Origin: an uncultured virus (IMG/VR IMGVR_UViG_3300025922_000011)
Lineage: Duplodnaviria; Heunggongvirae; Uroviricota; Caudoviricetes
Length of the DNA: 64,000 bases
IMG/VR virus record: IMGVR_UViG_3300025922_000011
Reading direction: 5' to 3' (one strand)
Shown here: positions 45,566-54,335 of the stretch, in pieces
How the letters are laid out: each line of letters starts with the position of its first letter
Position numbering within the stretch: the first letter of the stretch is position 1
The notes under the pieces: model-generated
What the model was told of the DNA's origin: nothing
Database searches by the model: none
Seen by the model: the letters and a program-made list of their open reading frames with translations, nothing else
Position numbers and translations under genes: made by a program

Positions 45566-48500
45566 AAAAGAAGACGAAGAAGAAAACCAAGCGGGTCCCT
45601 GAGATTGTGGGGCCCGTCAAAGAGTTCACCAAGCAAACCGAGCAGTGGGTCGATGCGATTCTCAATGCCAAGCGCACAAAGGCGCAGGCCGAGCGCACGA
45701 TCGCCGAGCACGAGACGCTCTTGATGCGCGAGCTCGGCTCATTTAAACAAGGCAAGCTGCCCAATGGGATCCTGGTGATCGCCAAGAAGATGGAGCGCAA
45801 GAGCTACACGGCACCGGCGTGCACCTTCATCCAACTCAAGATCATCAAACCGGAGAGCGAAGATGACCACTACTGACGCGGCAGAACAGCCCCTGAGCCG
45901 CGCCCGCATCATCCAATTACTGTACGCGGCTGACAAGTGGGGGGACGTCAGCCTGTCGTGCGCGGAGTTTCGCGCACTCATCGATGTGACGGACCTCTTG
46001 GCACACCTAGCGCTTGTGCACAGCTACTACTTCACCGGTAACATCTCCGATGAACAGCGCGCCCTGTTGATCGCGTGTGGCTACGGTAAAATCGCTGAGC
46101 GTTGCCGCCTGGATGCACGCTGATGGCTGACGCCGACGAACACATCTCGGGATCTTCAATCCAGGCCGCGCTAGAGGTGGCGAAGGCTCCGGAGATCGCC
46201 GATAGCCTGAGAAAAGCTTACGCCAGTTTAATGGCTGAGCGGGACGGTTATGCAGCCGCACTCGCTCGCATCGCCAGCGAGCACCGCTGGGCGCAGGAGG
46301 ACTACCGCAACTTCGCCAGTGAGGTATTGAAGAAATGGCAACGACAATAGAAGCACCGATCCCGATGCTGCTCTGGTGCCCCAAATGCCACGAGCGGCAC
46401 ATCGATCAGGGGGAGTTTGCGGTTAAGATCCATCACACCCACGCTTGCCAATTCTGCGGCATGGTGTGGCGGCCTGCCATCGTGGCGACCGTAGGTGTAC
46501 GATTCCTGCCAGGATTCAAGGACCCATGACCAACGAAGAGCGTCTCGCGGCAGAGCTTGATTCTCAGAAGGAGTACACGCGCATCTGGAACGAGCGCTGT
46601 AACCGCAAGACCGAGCAGCTCATTGAAGCCGACAAACGCATCGTAGAACTCAGCGAGGAGTTGAAACGCTTGAAGAGTACGGTCCTTTACTCGGAAGCCG
46701 CGCGCATGCAACAGACGCTCGTCGCACTACGCAAAGAGCTGGACGAAGCTCGCTCTGGATACCATGCCCTCGACAAGAACTGGCAAACTATGCACGAGGC
46801 TGCCATGCGACCAATCCGCGCAGCCGTAGGCAACGCTGATGCCACCGTGCCAGAAATAGTTGCGCACATCGAGCGCGTGACCAAAGACCGCGACACGGTT
46901 GGAACTCAGATCGTTGAAGCATGCAGGGAGCGCGATGCGTGGCGCGCCGAAGCCGAAGACTGGAAGAGGCGGATGCGCTGATGACATCCGATCGAATCAG
47001 CGAACTAGAAGCGGAGATCGTTGAGCTGAAGTTCCAGCGCCGCGACGCGGTAATGAGCGTCGTAGAAGACCTACGCAAACAGATACAGCGCAACACCAAT
47101 CTGACCGAGGCCGACGTGGTCAAACTGTCCAGTGAGTTGGACTACTACACGGAGAGGGTCGAAACCTGGTCGGAGCCGCGACCAAAAGTGTTGGAACTTC
47201 AAGAGGCACTCAATGAACTCAGAACCGTCACGTGCCAGTCGTGCATGCACCTGCTCGAACGCAACAAGGAGCTGGCTGATAAACTAATCGAAGTGAGCAA
47301 TGGTGTCACCGAACTCTATCAGCAGGTGGTCAACGAACGCGATCATGCGGTTGCGCAGCAGGAGCGCGCCGCCATTACCTGGCACCGATACCACAACCAC
47401 TTGCTTAGCCGCGAGGAGTTCGAAGGCACGATTGCTGAACTGGCGGAGAAGCGCAAATGAGCAAATCAGAGCAGCGATTAGCCGATGAATGGAATGCTCG
47501 GCACGGGATAGGCAGAGCGGTGACGGTCAAGCGCGACAACGGATTCATGATGTACACCACCACGCGCAGCATGGCATGGGTCCTAGAAAGCGGCGATGCG
47601 GTGGTGCAGGTCGAAGGCATTAGCGGCTGCTATAAATTGGATCGAGTGCAGCCGTGTGATCGCCGATCTTGCTGAGGAGGCAGTGATGCTACCGACGATG
47701 GGAAACCTTGATCAATGCTTGTGCCCGGAGCACGACTCGGCGCTTCGTGTTTGCGCGCAGTGCGACGACTCCGGCATCTGCGACGAGTGCGAGTACTGCT
47801 GGACGTGCGAGACGAGCGGAATGCATCAACCGGTAGAACTCTTGCGCATTCGTGTCGCGCGAGCCAAGGGCTGGGTGCAAGCGAGCGGGCATCTGAACGA
47901 GTTTATTGAAACGGCCAAAGCGGCCACAGAAAAGAGAGCGCCAGCCAAGGGATCCTCGAGGCCGCGCAAGCGCTCGCGCGGCCTCGAGGCCGCGCAAGCG
48001 CTCGCGCAGATCAGCATGGTGGCCTCGCTGGAGCTTGCTAGCCATCATCTACGAAAGCGCGCCGACGAAGAACTGAAGCAATGCCTGGTCTACGCGACGC
48101 ACTGCAATCCCGATGCAGCGGAGGTGCTCACCAAGGATCTGTAATCGGACGAGTGAACTTTTCGGCCCCTCGGGGCGGATGGAGCGACAGTGAGTGCAAT
48201 GGTGAAGGTGAAGCTAAGGCACGTTGGCGGCTCGGAGCGCGAGGTGGACCTTCTGCAGGTCAAGCCAGGCAGCCGAGATCACGACAGTCACGCGAGCGCG
48301 ATGGTCTGGTGGCCGACGGCGGGCCTGTACATCTTGAGTCTCGAGACCGGTAGGATGCATGGCAAGGATTGCGCAAGTTGGCGTTTGGACGAGGCCGAGC
48401 TAGAGCGCCTCCGCGCGATGCTGCAAGCGCTGCGACCGAAGAGGATCGTCGCCCGCATGGACAAGCAGTGGCAGCGCGCTTCCGGGGATTGCCTGTGCAA

Positions 48501-48591
48501 GGTATGCTACGAGCCGTACAGTCGGCATCCGGTGGCCGCAAGCGAGGAGTGGCTGCATGTGCTCTGCGATGGGGCGCGGGTGAAGCTGTGA
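45562..48591 (+). other. Run of small overlapping hypothetical genes (coiled-coil and Zn-finger types)
   Basis: ORFs such as 45562-45876, 45863-46123, 46335-46529, 47457-47675 and 48190-48591, many with overlapping junctions. Confidence 0.6.
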
Positions 48592-48740
48592 CCGAGTCGT
48601 GGGCAAGCGCCTGCTAGCCTAATTCTCGGTACCAAATGAACTTAACTGTACGAAATCATTACTAAAAAGGGTGGCCGGCGGCCTTGTTCATGGGTGACAA
48701 CGACCCCGTTCGGTACGATAGGCAAAACGTTACCTAAACA

Positions 48741-49622
48741 TTGAAAATCATTCACAAATATAGTGTTCGGAAAGGGCGGCCTACATTGGAGAAGAAGCGA
48801 CAGCTCAGTATTGAACTGAGCAAAGAAGTAGATGGTCTGGAGATGGGGGTTCTGGCCGATGGTACGGCATTTCTATCGATGCGCGGGTTGGCGAAACTTT
48901 GCGGGATCGCGGTGAGCACGCTCAGTGAGAACTGCAAGGCTTGGCTTGAGGGGAACCGTTCCGGCCGATTCGGTCAATTTGTACAACGTAACGGTGTTGG
49001 TGACGCAAGCCTCTATATGCGTCAGGAGATTGCGGGCAGCGTCGTTTATGTCTTCTCTGATCAAATCAGCACACTCTTTCTTGAATACTATTCATTCGAA
49101 GCACCGAATCCCACAGCCCAAGCGAACTATCGCACCGTAGCGCGCGCTGGCCTCAAGCTCTTCATCTATACAGCTCTTGGGTACGACCCGAGCCGTCTCG
49201 TCCCGCCCGCATGGCGGCACTTTCATGATCGGGTAAGTCTCGCGAGTGCACCAGCGAACTATTTCAGTGTCTTCAAGGAGACATCGGAATTTGTGGTCAA
49301 CGCAATTCGAGCTGGGCTCCATGTTGATGAGCATACGGTTCCGGACATCAGTGTCGGTAAATTCTGGTCAGCATACTGGGAAGAGGTGCGTCGCTGGTGG
49401 CGCACGCGCACTGAAGTCTGGATACGCAACTCAATGGTTAGTTGCGATCACAGCGTGTTTGACGACTACGTACACAGCCCCTGGTTTCGTAGCGACGGAA
49501 CGAAAGCGTCGTGTCGGCTATCGCTGCGCCTGGACCGCATCGCTTTCGCGATGATGCATCAGCCGCTGCGCAGCCTACCGGAGAATGTCGTGACGCTGCA
49601 TCAACGAGGGCACTACCGCTAA
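48741..49622 (+). CDS. BstA-like anti-phage protein, C-terminus apparently replaced
   Basis: EMGVLADGTAFLSMRGLAKLCG, FHDRVSL, YFSVFKE, PDISVGKFW; visibly lower GC than flanks; family recalled from memory. Confidence 0.6.
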   Translation: MKIIHKYSVRKGRPTLEKKRQLSIELSKEVDGLEMGVLADGTAFLSMRGLAKLCGIAVSTLSENCKAWLEGNRSGRFGQFVQRNGVGDASLYMRQEIAGSVVYVFSDQISTLFLEYYSFEAPNPTAQANYRTVARAGLKLFIYTALGYDPSRLVPPAWRHFHDRVSLASAPANYFSVFKETSEFVVNAIRAGLHVDEHTVPDISVGKFWSAYWEEVRRWWRTRTEVWIRNSMVSCDHSVFDDYVHSPWFRSDGTKASCRLSLRLDRIAFAMMHQPLRSLPENVVTLHQRGHYR

Positions 49623-49991
49623 TGCAGTGCACCCACGACGAAAGACGCTTCGCGTTTTGCAGTCACGCGGTCGAAGGCGCCGAGGTGGCGGAGATCATTC
49701 ACTTCGAGACCACGAGCTTCGTGCTGTGCGAGCCATGCAGTCGAGAGGCATCGGCGGGTAAGGACTGGGATCAGTTGCAACAGCGGATGGAGTGGACGCG
49801 GCTGTGCATCGATTGCGCAGAGACGCAGGGGCTCTTCGATGACGAGGATTGATCGCTCGGCTTGAGCCGGGGATATCGCCTCGATCACGATTTGTCTCAG
49901 CGCGCACCGCTGAGCTAGCACGGGGGGATTACGCAACGAACAGAAGGAGTTTTTGTAGGTATCAGGCGGCTGAGACTAGGATCCAGCCTCA

Positions 49992-50777
49992 ATGCGGCTA
50001 CCCGCGACACTTGCTCCACGTGAACGACTACTTGGTCCGGGCGACGCCAAATCCCTGCAAACGGTCAACACATCGGATATGCCCGATGGTGCGCAATGTT
50101 GGGTGATTGACCAGAAGGCATACTACCACTTCCACAGGGAGGACAACACGACGCCCGCCAACTATCCGAGCGTGATGGTGCCCGGATCAGGACCGGGCCG
50201 CTGGCTCAATAGCGATCACTTCTTCGGAGCGACGGGTGACGCCAACAATGGCTGGCGCGACATGATCGGCCAGATCACGACACCGAGCACCGAGATCGGC
50301 AACCCGACACGCGAGCCAGTGGGCGACAGCGACTTCACCGCGTACAAATTCGATCTCGATGAGCACGTGTGGATCGAGTACCACATCAACCACGACTACC
50401 GTTCAGGCACTCCGATGTACGTGCACGTGCATTGGCTGCCCGATGGCACCGACACCAACTCAGTGAAGTGGCTCGTGCAATACGTTTACGCCAAGGGGCA
50501 CAATCAGGCCAACTACAACTTCGGCGATGGCACCGGCACGAGCGTGGAGATGGAGCAGGCGCCGCCAGGCACACCCTTCCGGCATATGACGACCGAGAGC
50601 GCCTCACCCATCGTCAACGCCGACTTCGAGCCGGACGGCATCCTGTGGATCAAGCTCAATCGCGTCAGTAACGGTGGCTCCAACAACAACGACGGGATCT
50701 TCGTATTGACCGTCGATGTTCACTATCAGAGCAACGCGATCGCAACGAAGAATCGCTCTCCGAACTTCTACCAGTGA
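49992..50777 (+). CDS. Spike/fibre protein with shared N-terminal anchor domain
   Basis: SLQTVNT...PDGAQCWV...GPGRW followed by a beta-rich domain. Confidence 0.7.
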   Translation: MRLPATLAPRERLLGPGDAKSLQTVNTSDMPDGAQCWVIDQKAYYHFHREDNTTPANYPSVMVPGSGPGRWLNSDHFFGATGDANNGWRDMIGQITTPSTEIGNPTREPVGDSDFTAYKFDLDEHVWIEYHINHDYRSGTPMYVHVHWLPDGTDTNSVKWLVQYVYAKGHNQANYNFGDGTGTSVEMEQAPPGTPFRHMTTESASPIVNADFEPDGILWIKLNRVSNGGSNNNDGIFVLTVDVHYQSNAIATKNRSPNFYQ

Positions 50778-50787
50778 GTCGGGGAAT

Positions 50788-51384
50788 TCAGTCGACCACG
50801 GCGACTTCAACCGGCCGATCGAAGCTACTGAGCACTCGCCGCATCGTCCGAACGCGTCCGATACCACCGACCCAGCCGCACGTGCGTCCCGCGTAGCGGC
50901 CAAAGGCGCGCGCCCAAGGGTCAGGATTCTCTTCGTCGGCCGAGCAAAAGCGGTACGCGCTCGATAGTAGCCGAGCGGCGCACCAGGAGCTCTGTCGCAG
51001 CTCGGTCGCACTGCCGTGCGGCTCTTGCCAGGCGGCGGGGCAGCTCACCTGCCACAATTGGAAGTAGGATCGGGCCCGTCCGTTGTCGCAGCGCATTCCC
51101 TTGGGCAGGCTATCGCAGTGACCTTCTCCGATGGCCTGGGCGAACTTGCTCTCGTGCCAGCCGACGGCGATGAGCGCAGCGGCCAGCTGCCGCCTAGACC
51201 CGAGCCAAACCGGGTTACACTCCTTCTTAGAGAAGGCACTCGCGCAGGTCGCCTGCGCCGTGGCCTGGTCGATGGCCTGGGCAATGCCTCGGAGCCGGCT
51301 AAGCCGCTCCGCCTCGCTCTCGGTGTCCAAGGAGAATCGCGGCAGCGTGAAAAGGGCGCTGAGAATGACTTGGAGTAAGGTCAT
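50788..51384 (-). CDS. Lytic transglycosylase/lysozyme-like protein
   Basis: Hydrophobic N-terminus, ALIAVGWHESKF, FQL, RYAG. Confidence 0.55.
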   Translation of the reverse strand: MTLLQVILSALFTLPRFSLDTESEAERLSRLRGIAQAIDQATAQATCASAFSKKECNPVWLGSRRQLAAALIAVGWHESKFAQAIGEGHCDSLPKGMRCDNGRARSYFQLWQVSCPAAWQEPHGSATELRQSSWCAARLLSSAYRFCSADEENPDPWARAFGRYAGRTCGWVGGIGRVRTMRRVLSSFDRPVEVAVVD

Positions 51385-51475
51385 GCTGCCGAGGCTAAGA
51401 TCATTGGTGGACGGCGTCGAGTCAGGACTTTTTGGGGAAAAGGGGCCGAGCCGGTACCCTCGGAAGCTGTAAGCC

Positions 51476-51853
51476 ATGTTTTCCCAGCTCGATACCGACT
51501 CCCTGCCGCCCGACAGCGTCGGTCAGGACAGCGAGACGGCATTGCCGGCAACGGACACCACGACGCAGGCCGCGCCGATCCCGGTCGCTCCCGCACCCGC
51601 CTCGCGTACCAGTGCGGGCGTGGCGCTCCTATTGGCCGGCTCCGGTGCGGTCGCCGGCTGGCTTATGGGCGGCGGCTGGGGCGCTGGAGCAGGGCTCTTG
51701 CTCGTCGGAGCGGCACGTAACGGCTACCGAGCCAAGTCGCTTTGGACTGCCGATCGCGCCGAAGCCGCCAAGTGTGCGACGATGGCGGTTGCTGGTGCCG
51801 CCGGCGGTGGCTATCTCGCCTACCGCGCTGTCAAAGGAAAGAAACGTCGATGA
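51476..51853 (+). CDS. Small multi-TM membrane protein
   Basis: Gly/Ala hydrophobic helices and KGKKRR tail. Confidence 0.7.
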   Translation: MFSQLDTDSLPPDSVGQDSETALPATDTTTQAAPIPVAPAPASRTSAGVALLLAGSGAVAGWLMGGGWGAGAGLLLVGAARNGYRAKSLWTADRAEAAKCATMAVAGAAGGGYLAYRAVKGKKRR

Positions 51854-52665
51854 TCGTTCATCCGCAATGGGGCACGGCTACGGTCCTGCAACCGTTCGTC
51901 AACTTCGAGGACGTCTACCAGGGAGGCTTCGCGGGTAACCCGGTTGCATTCCCCGGCACGATCGATCAGCAAGCAACCAATGGTGTTGCGGGGTTCGATC
52001 CGACGCTCATCGCCGGCACGCCCGTTGTGCTCGGCTCACGGCTCATGTTGTGGATCCCGCTGTGCATGCTCGATTATACGGTGCCCACGGTGTATGCGTA
52101 CCAGCTGGTGTGGCGGCTGCGTTCGATCTCCGACTACGTCTACACCTCCGAGAAGAATCAAGCGACGGGCGATCCGCCGATGCCCTATCACTTGAAGAAG
52201 CGCGAGCTCGGCGTGGAAAACAGCCCGGGTGATCCGACTACGCAGCGGGTAGTGGTGCCAGCGGCCGCCGACTCGGTCGCTTACGAGCAGCAAGAGCCGA
52301 GCGGTGACGGCCTCAACGGTGAGCTCGTTCTACGTGGCGAATCGGTGATCCCCGATGGCGCGCTGTGGGATGCGCCTTTTACGCCGAACAGTGACCCCGA
52401 CAATCCGACGTACGGCACAGTGACTCAAGGGATCTTCCCGTTCGCCACGGGCCAGACGCCCGGCGGACCGGTCTTCTTCCCCTACTGGGTCGATGCCAAG
52501 GGCGACGAGCTCATCATCTTGGCGCGGCGGCGGGAATACGCGCTGGATGACGAGTGGGATTTCGCCAACGATGACCGTAGTTTCTCCAACACTTACGGCA
52601 CCGACAACGGCACGCGCCCGCGGCTGGAGACGGTGGGCATTTACCTGTTCAACGGCTCGTCGTAG
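51850..52665 (+). CDS. Beta-rich putative structural protein
   Basis: Start MIVHPQ (ATGA overlap); function not recognised. Confidence 0.6.
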   Translation: MIVHPQWGTATVLQPFVNFEDVYQGGFAGNPVAFPGTIDQQATNGVAGFDPTLIAGTPVVLGSRLMLWIPLCMLDYTVPTVYAYQLVWRLRSISDYVYTSEKNQATGDPPMPYHLKKRELGVENSPGDPTTQRVVVPAAADSVAYEQQEPSGDGLNGELVLRGESVIPDGALWDAPFTPNSDPDNPTYGTVTQGIFPFATGQTPGGPVFFPYWVDAKGDELIILARRREYALDDEWDFANDDRSFSNTYGTDNGTRPRLETVGIYLFNGSS

Positions 52666-52748
52666 GCTTGAGCCGTACTAGCTCGCGTGCTCGAGCGAGA
52701 CGCGATGAACCAACTCTTGAACCTGCTCGTTGGTGAGGAAACGAGACT

Positions 52749-53480
52749 CTGTCCCTGATCACCGTCATCCTTCCGCTCAGTCGGCCTGAGTTTGCCGAGC
52801 GCGTAGTCAATCAATTCGCTCGGCAGAGCCATTCGGACAAGCGCTTGTGGATCGTCGAGAACGGCCGAGGCATCGGCGCGATGCGCCGGCAGATGCTGTG
52901 GGCGGATCGGGTCCTTTCAAGTGGCCAGGCGGCAAGCCTGGCGCGCAACACCGCCCTCGATGAGCTCAAGCGATCGGGTGGCGGCTACTGGTGCAGTTGG
53001 GATGACGACGACGAGTACTTGCCCGAGTACTTGAGTGAAGTGGCCGCCTGTTCCTCTCGAGCAGAGGTGACGGGCAAAGAGTCGCACTTCGTGAGCTACG
53101 ATGATGAGCACCTGTTCTTCTTTCACGCAGGCCGCGACAGCCGATTCACCGAGCGCTGCCAAGGGGGCACGCTCAGCGGTTGGGCCGAGACAGCGCTGCC
53201 CTTTCCGCAGTTGCGTTTAGGCGAAGATCTGCGCTGGTGCGAAGCGATGCGAAAAGCAGGCGCCAAGATCTGGAGCCGAGGCATCCACCACTATCTCTAC
53301 AGGCGCCGGAGCGCGGGGCCGCATCAGCACGCAACCGGGCGGCAGACTATCGAGATGATGATCTACACGCAGGGCCGCGGAATGTACCTAGGTCCTGTCG
53401 ATCCGCGGGTAATAAGCGGCGCGCTCCCGCTACCTGAGGGCCGGCCCGTACGGCCACATGAGCGGTTCATGCTGCATTAG
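52749..53480 (+). CDS. Glycosyltransferase family 2-like
   Basis: LITVILPLSRP, ARNTAL, WDDDDEY, GED; start probably CTG 52749. Confidence 0.75.
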   Translation: MSLITVILPLSRPEFAERVVNQFARQSHSDKRLWIVENGRGIGAMRRQMLWADRVLSSGQAASLARNTALDELKRSGGGYWCSWDDDDEYLPEYLSEVAACSSRAEVTGKESHFVSYDDEHLFFFHAGRDSRFTERCQGGTLSGWAETALPFPQLRLGEDLRWCEAMRKAGAKIWSRGIHHYLYRRRSAGPHQHATGRQTIEMMIYTQGRGMYLGPVDPRVISGALPLPEGRPVRPHERFMLH

Positions 53481-53534
53481 ACGAAATCTAAGGCGTCTCG
53501 TAGCGGTCTTTGAGATATTGGCGCCGCCAGCCCT

Positions 53535-54335
53535 TTAGGCGTGGGCGATGCCGTAGCGTGAAAGTAGGTATTGCGTAAGCCAGGTTTGATCGTCGCTTGA
53601 GGGTACGGCCGAGTACACCAGTAGCCGCGTGAACTTGAAACCGAAAAAGAAAGCTGCCGCACCGGCACCCAGTTTCTGGCAGCCGATTTGACAGCGATCA
53701 AAGGTACACGCAGTCGTCACTTCGGCTGTGGACGCTAAGTTCGTGGCGCCATTGCGAACGAGACCGACATTACCAGAGCTGTCGTAGCTCCAAGCATCTA
53801 CCAATGCGCCCGCAACAGTACCGGTTGTGCCTGATACGTTTTTGTTGTTGGCAGCACTGTCGTCGCGCCGCAAGAATGATGGCGTCCCAACGTTGACATT
53901 GAGAGAGCTTCGGTAGATGAAGAAAGGGGCTGTTGAGCTGGATCGGGAGAGACAGAAAATGTTACCGGTTTGGCTGCCCGCGTTCGTATAGCTAGCAGCT
54001 ATGGCCAGGTAGAGCGGTTTGCTCGTACCCGCGAATGTCGAGGCTAAACTGTCGACCGTGAGAAAATCGTTGGTGCCATTCAGCGCGACGCTGGCATGTC
54101 CAGAAAAGTTTTTATCTTCGAGCTGGCCCGTGAGTCCAAGCGAGCCTCCTCCAGGCGAGGCATTGTTTCCTTTGCCGCTTTGATCTGCCCACGCACTCAG
54201 CACTAAGCCGGTAGCCCAAGTAATGCCCACGTCTGCATCGAGATCAAGTTCAAGTCCTGGCACGTTGCGCGGCGCGGAACGCGACGCCGCCGGATTGGCT
54301 ACGTTCATGCGGTATTTAAGATTGAAAGCCTTCAC
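53535..54335 (-). CDS. LamG/concanavalin-like spike-associated protein
   Basis: LDLDAD...WADQSGKGN...LNGTNDFL...YLLSRYGI. Confidence 0.75.
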   Translation of the reverse strand: MKAFNLKYRMNVANPAASRSAPRNVPGLELDLDADVGITWATGLVLSAWADQSGKGNNASPGGGSLGLTGQLEDKNFSGHASVALNGTNDFLTVDSLASTFAGTSKPLYLAIAASYTNAGSQTGNIFCLSRSSSTAPFFIYRSSLNVNVGTPSFLRRDDSAANNKNVSGTTGTVAGALVDAWSYDSSGNVGLVRNGATNLASTAEVTTACTFDRCQIGCQKLGAGAAAFFFGFKFTRLLVYSAVPSSDDQTWLTQYLLSRYGIAHA

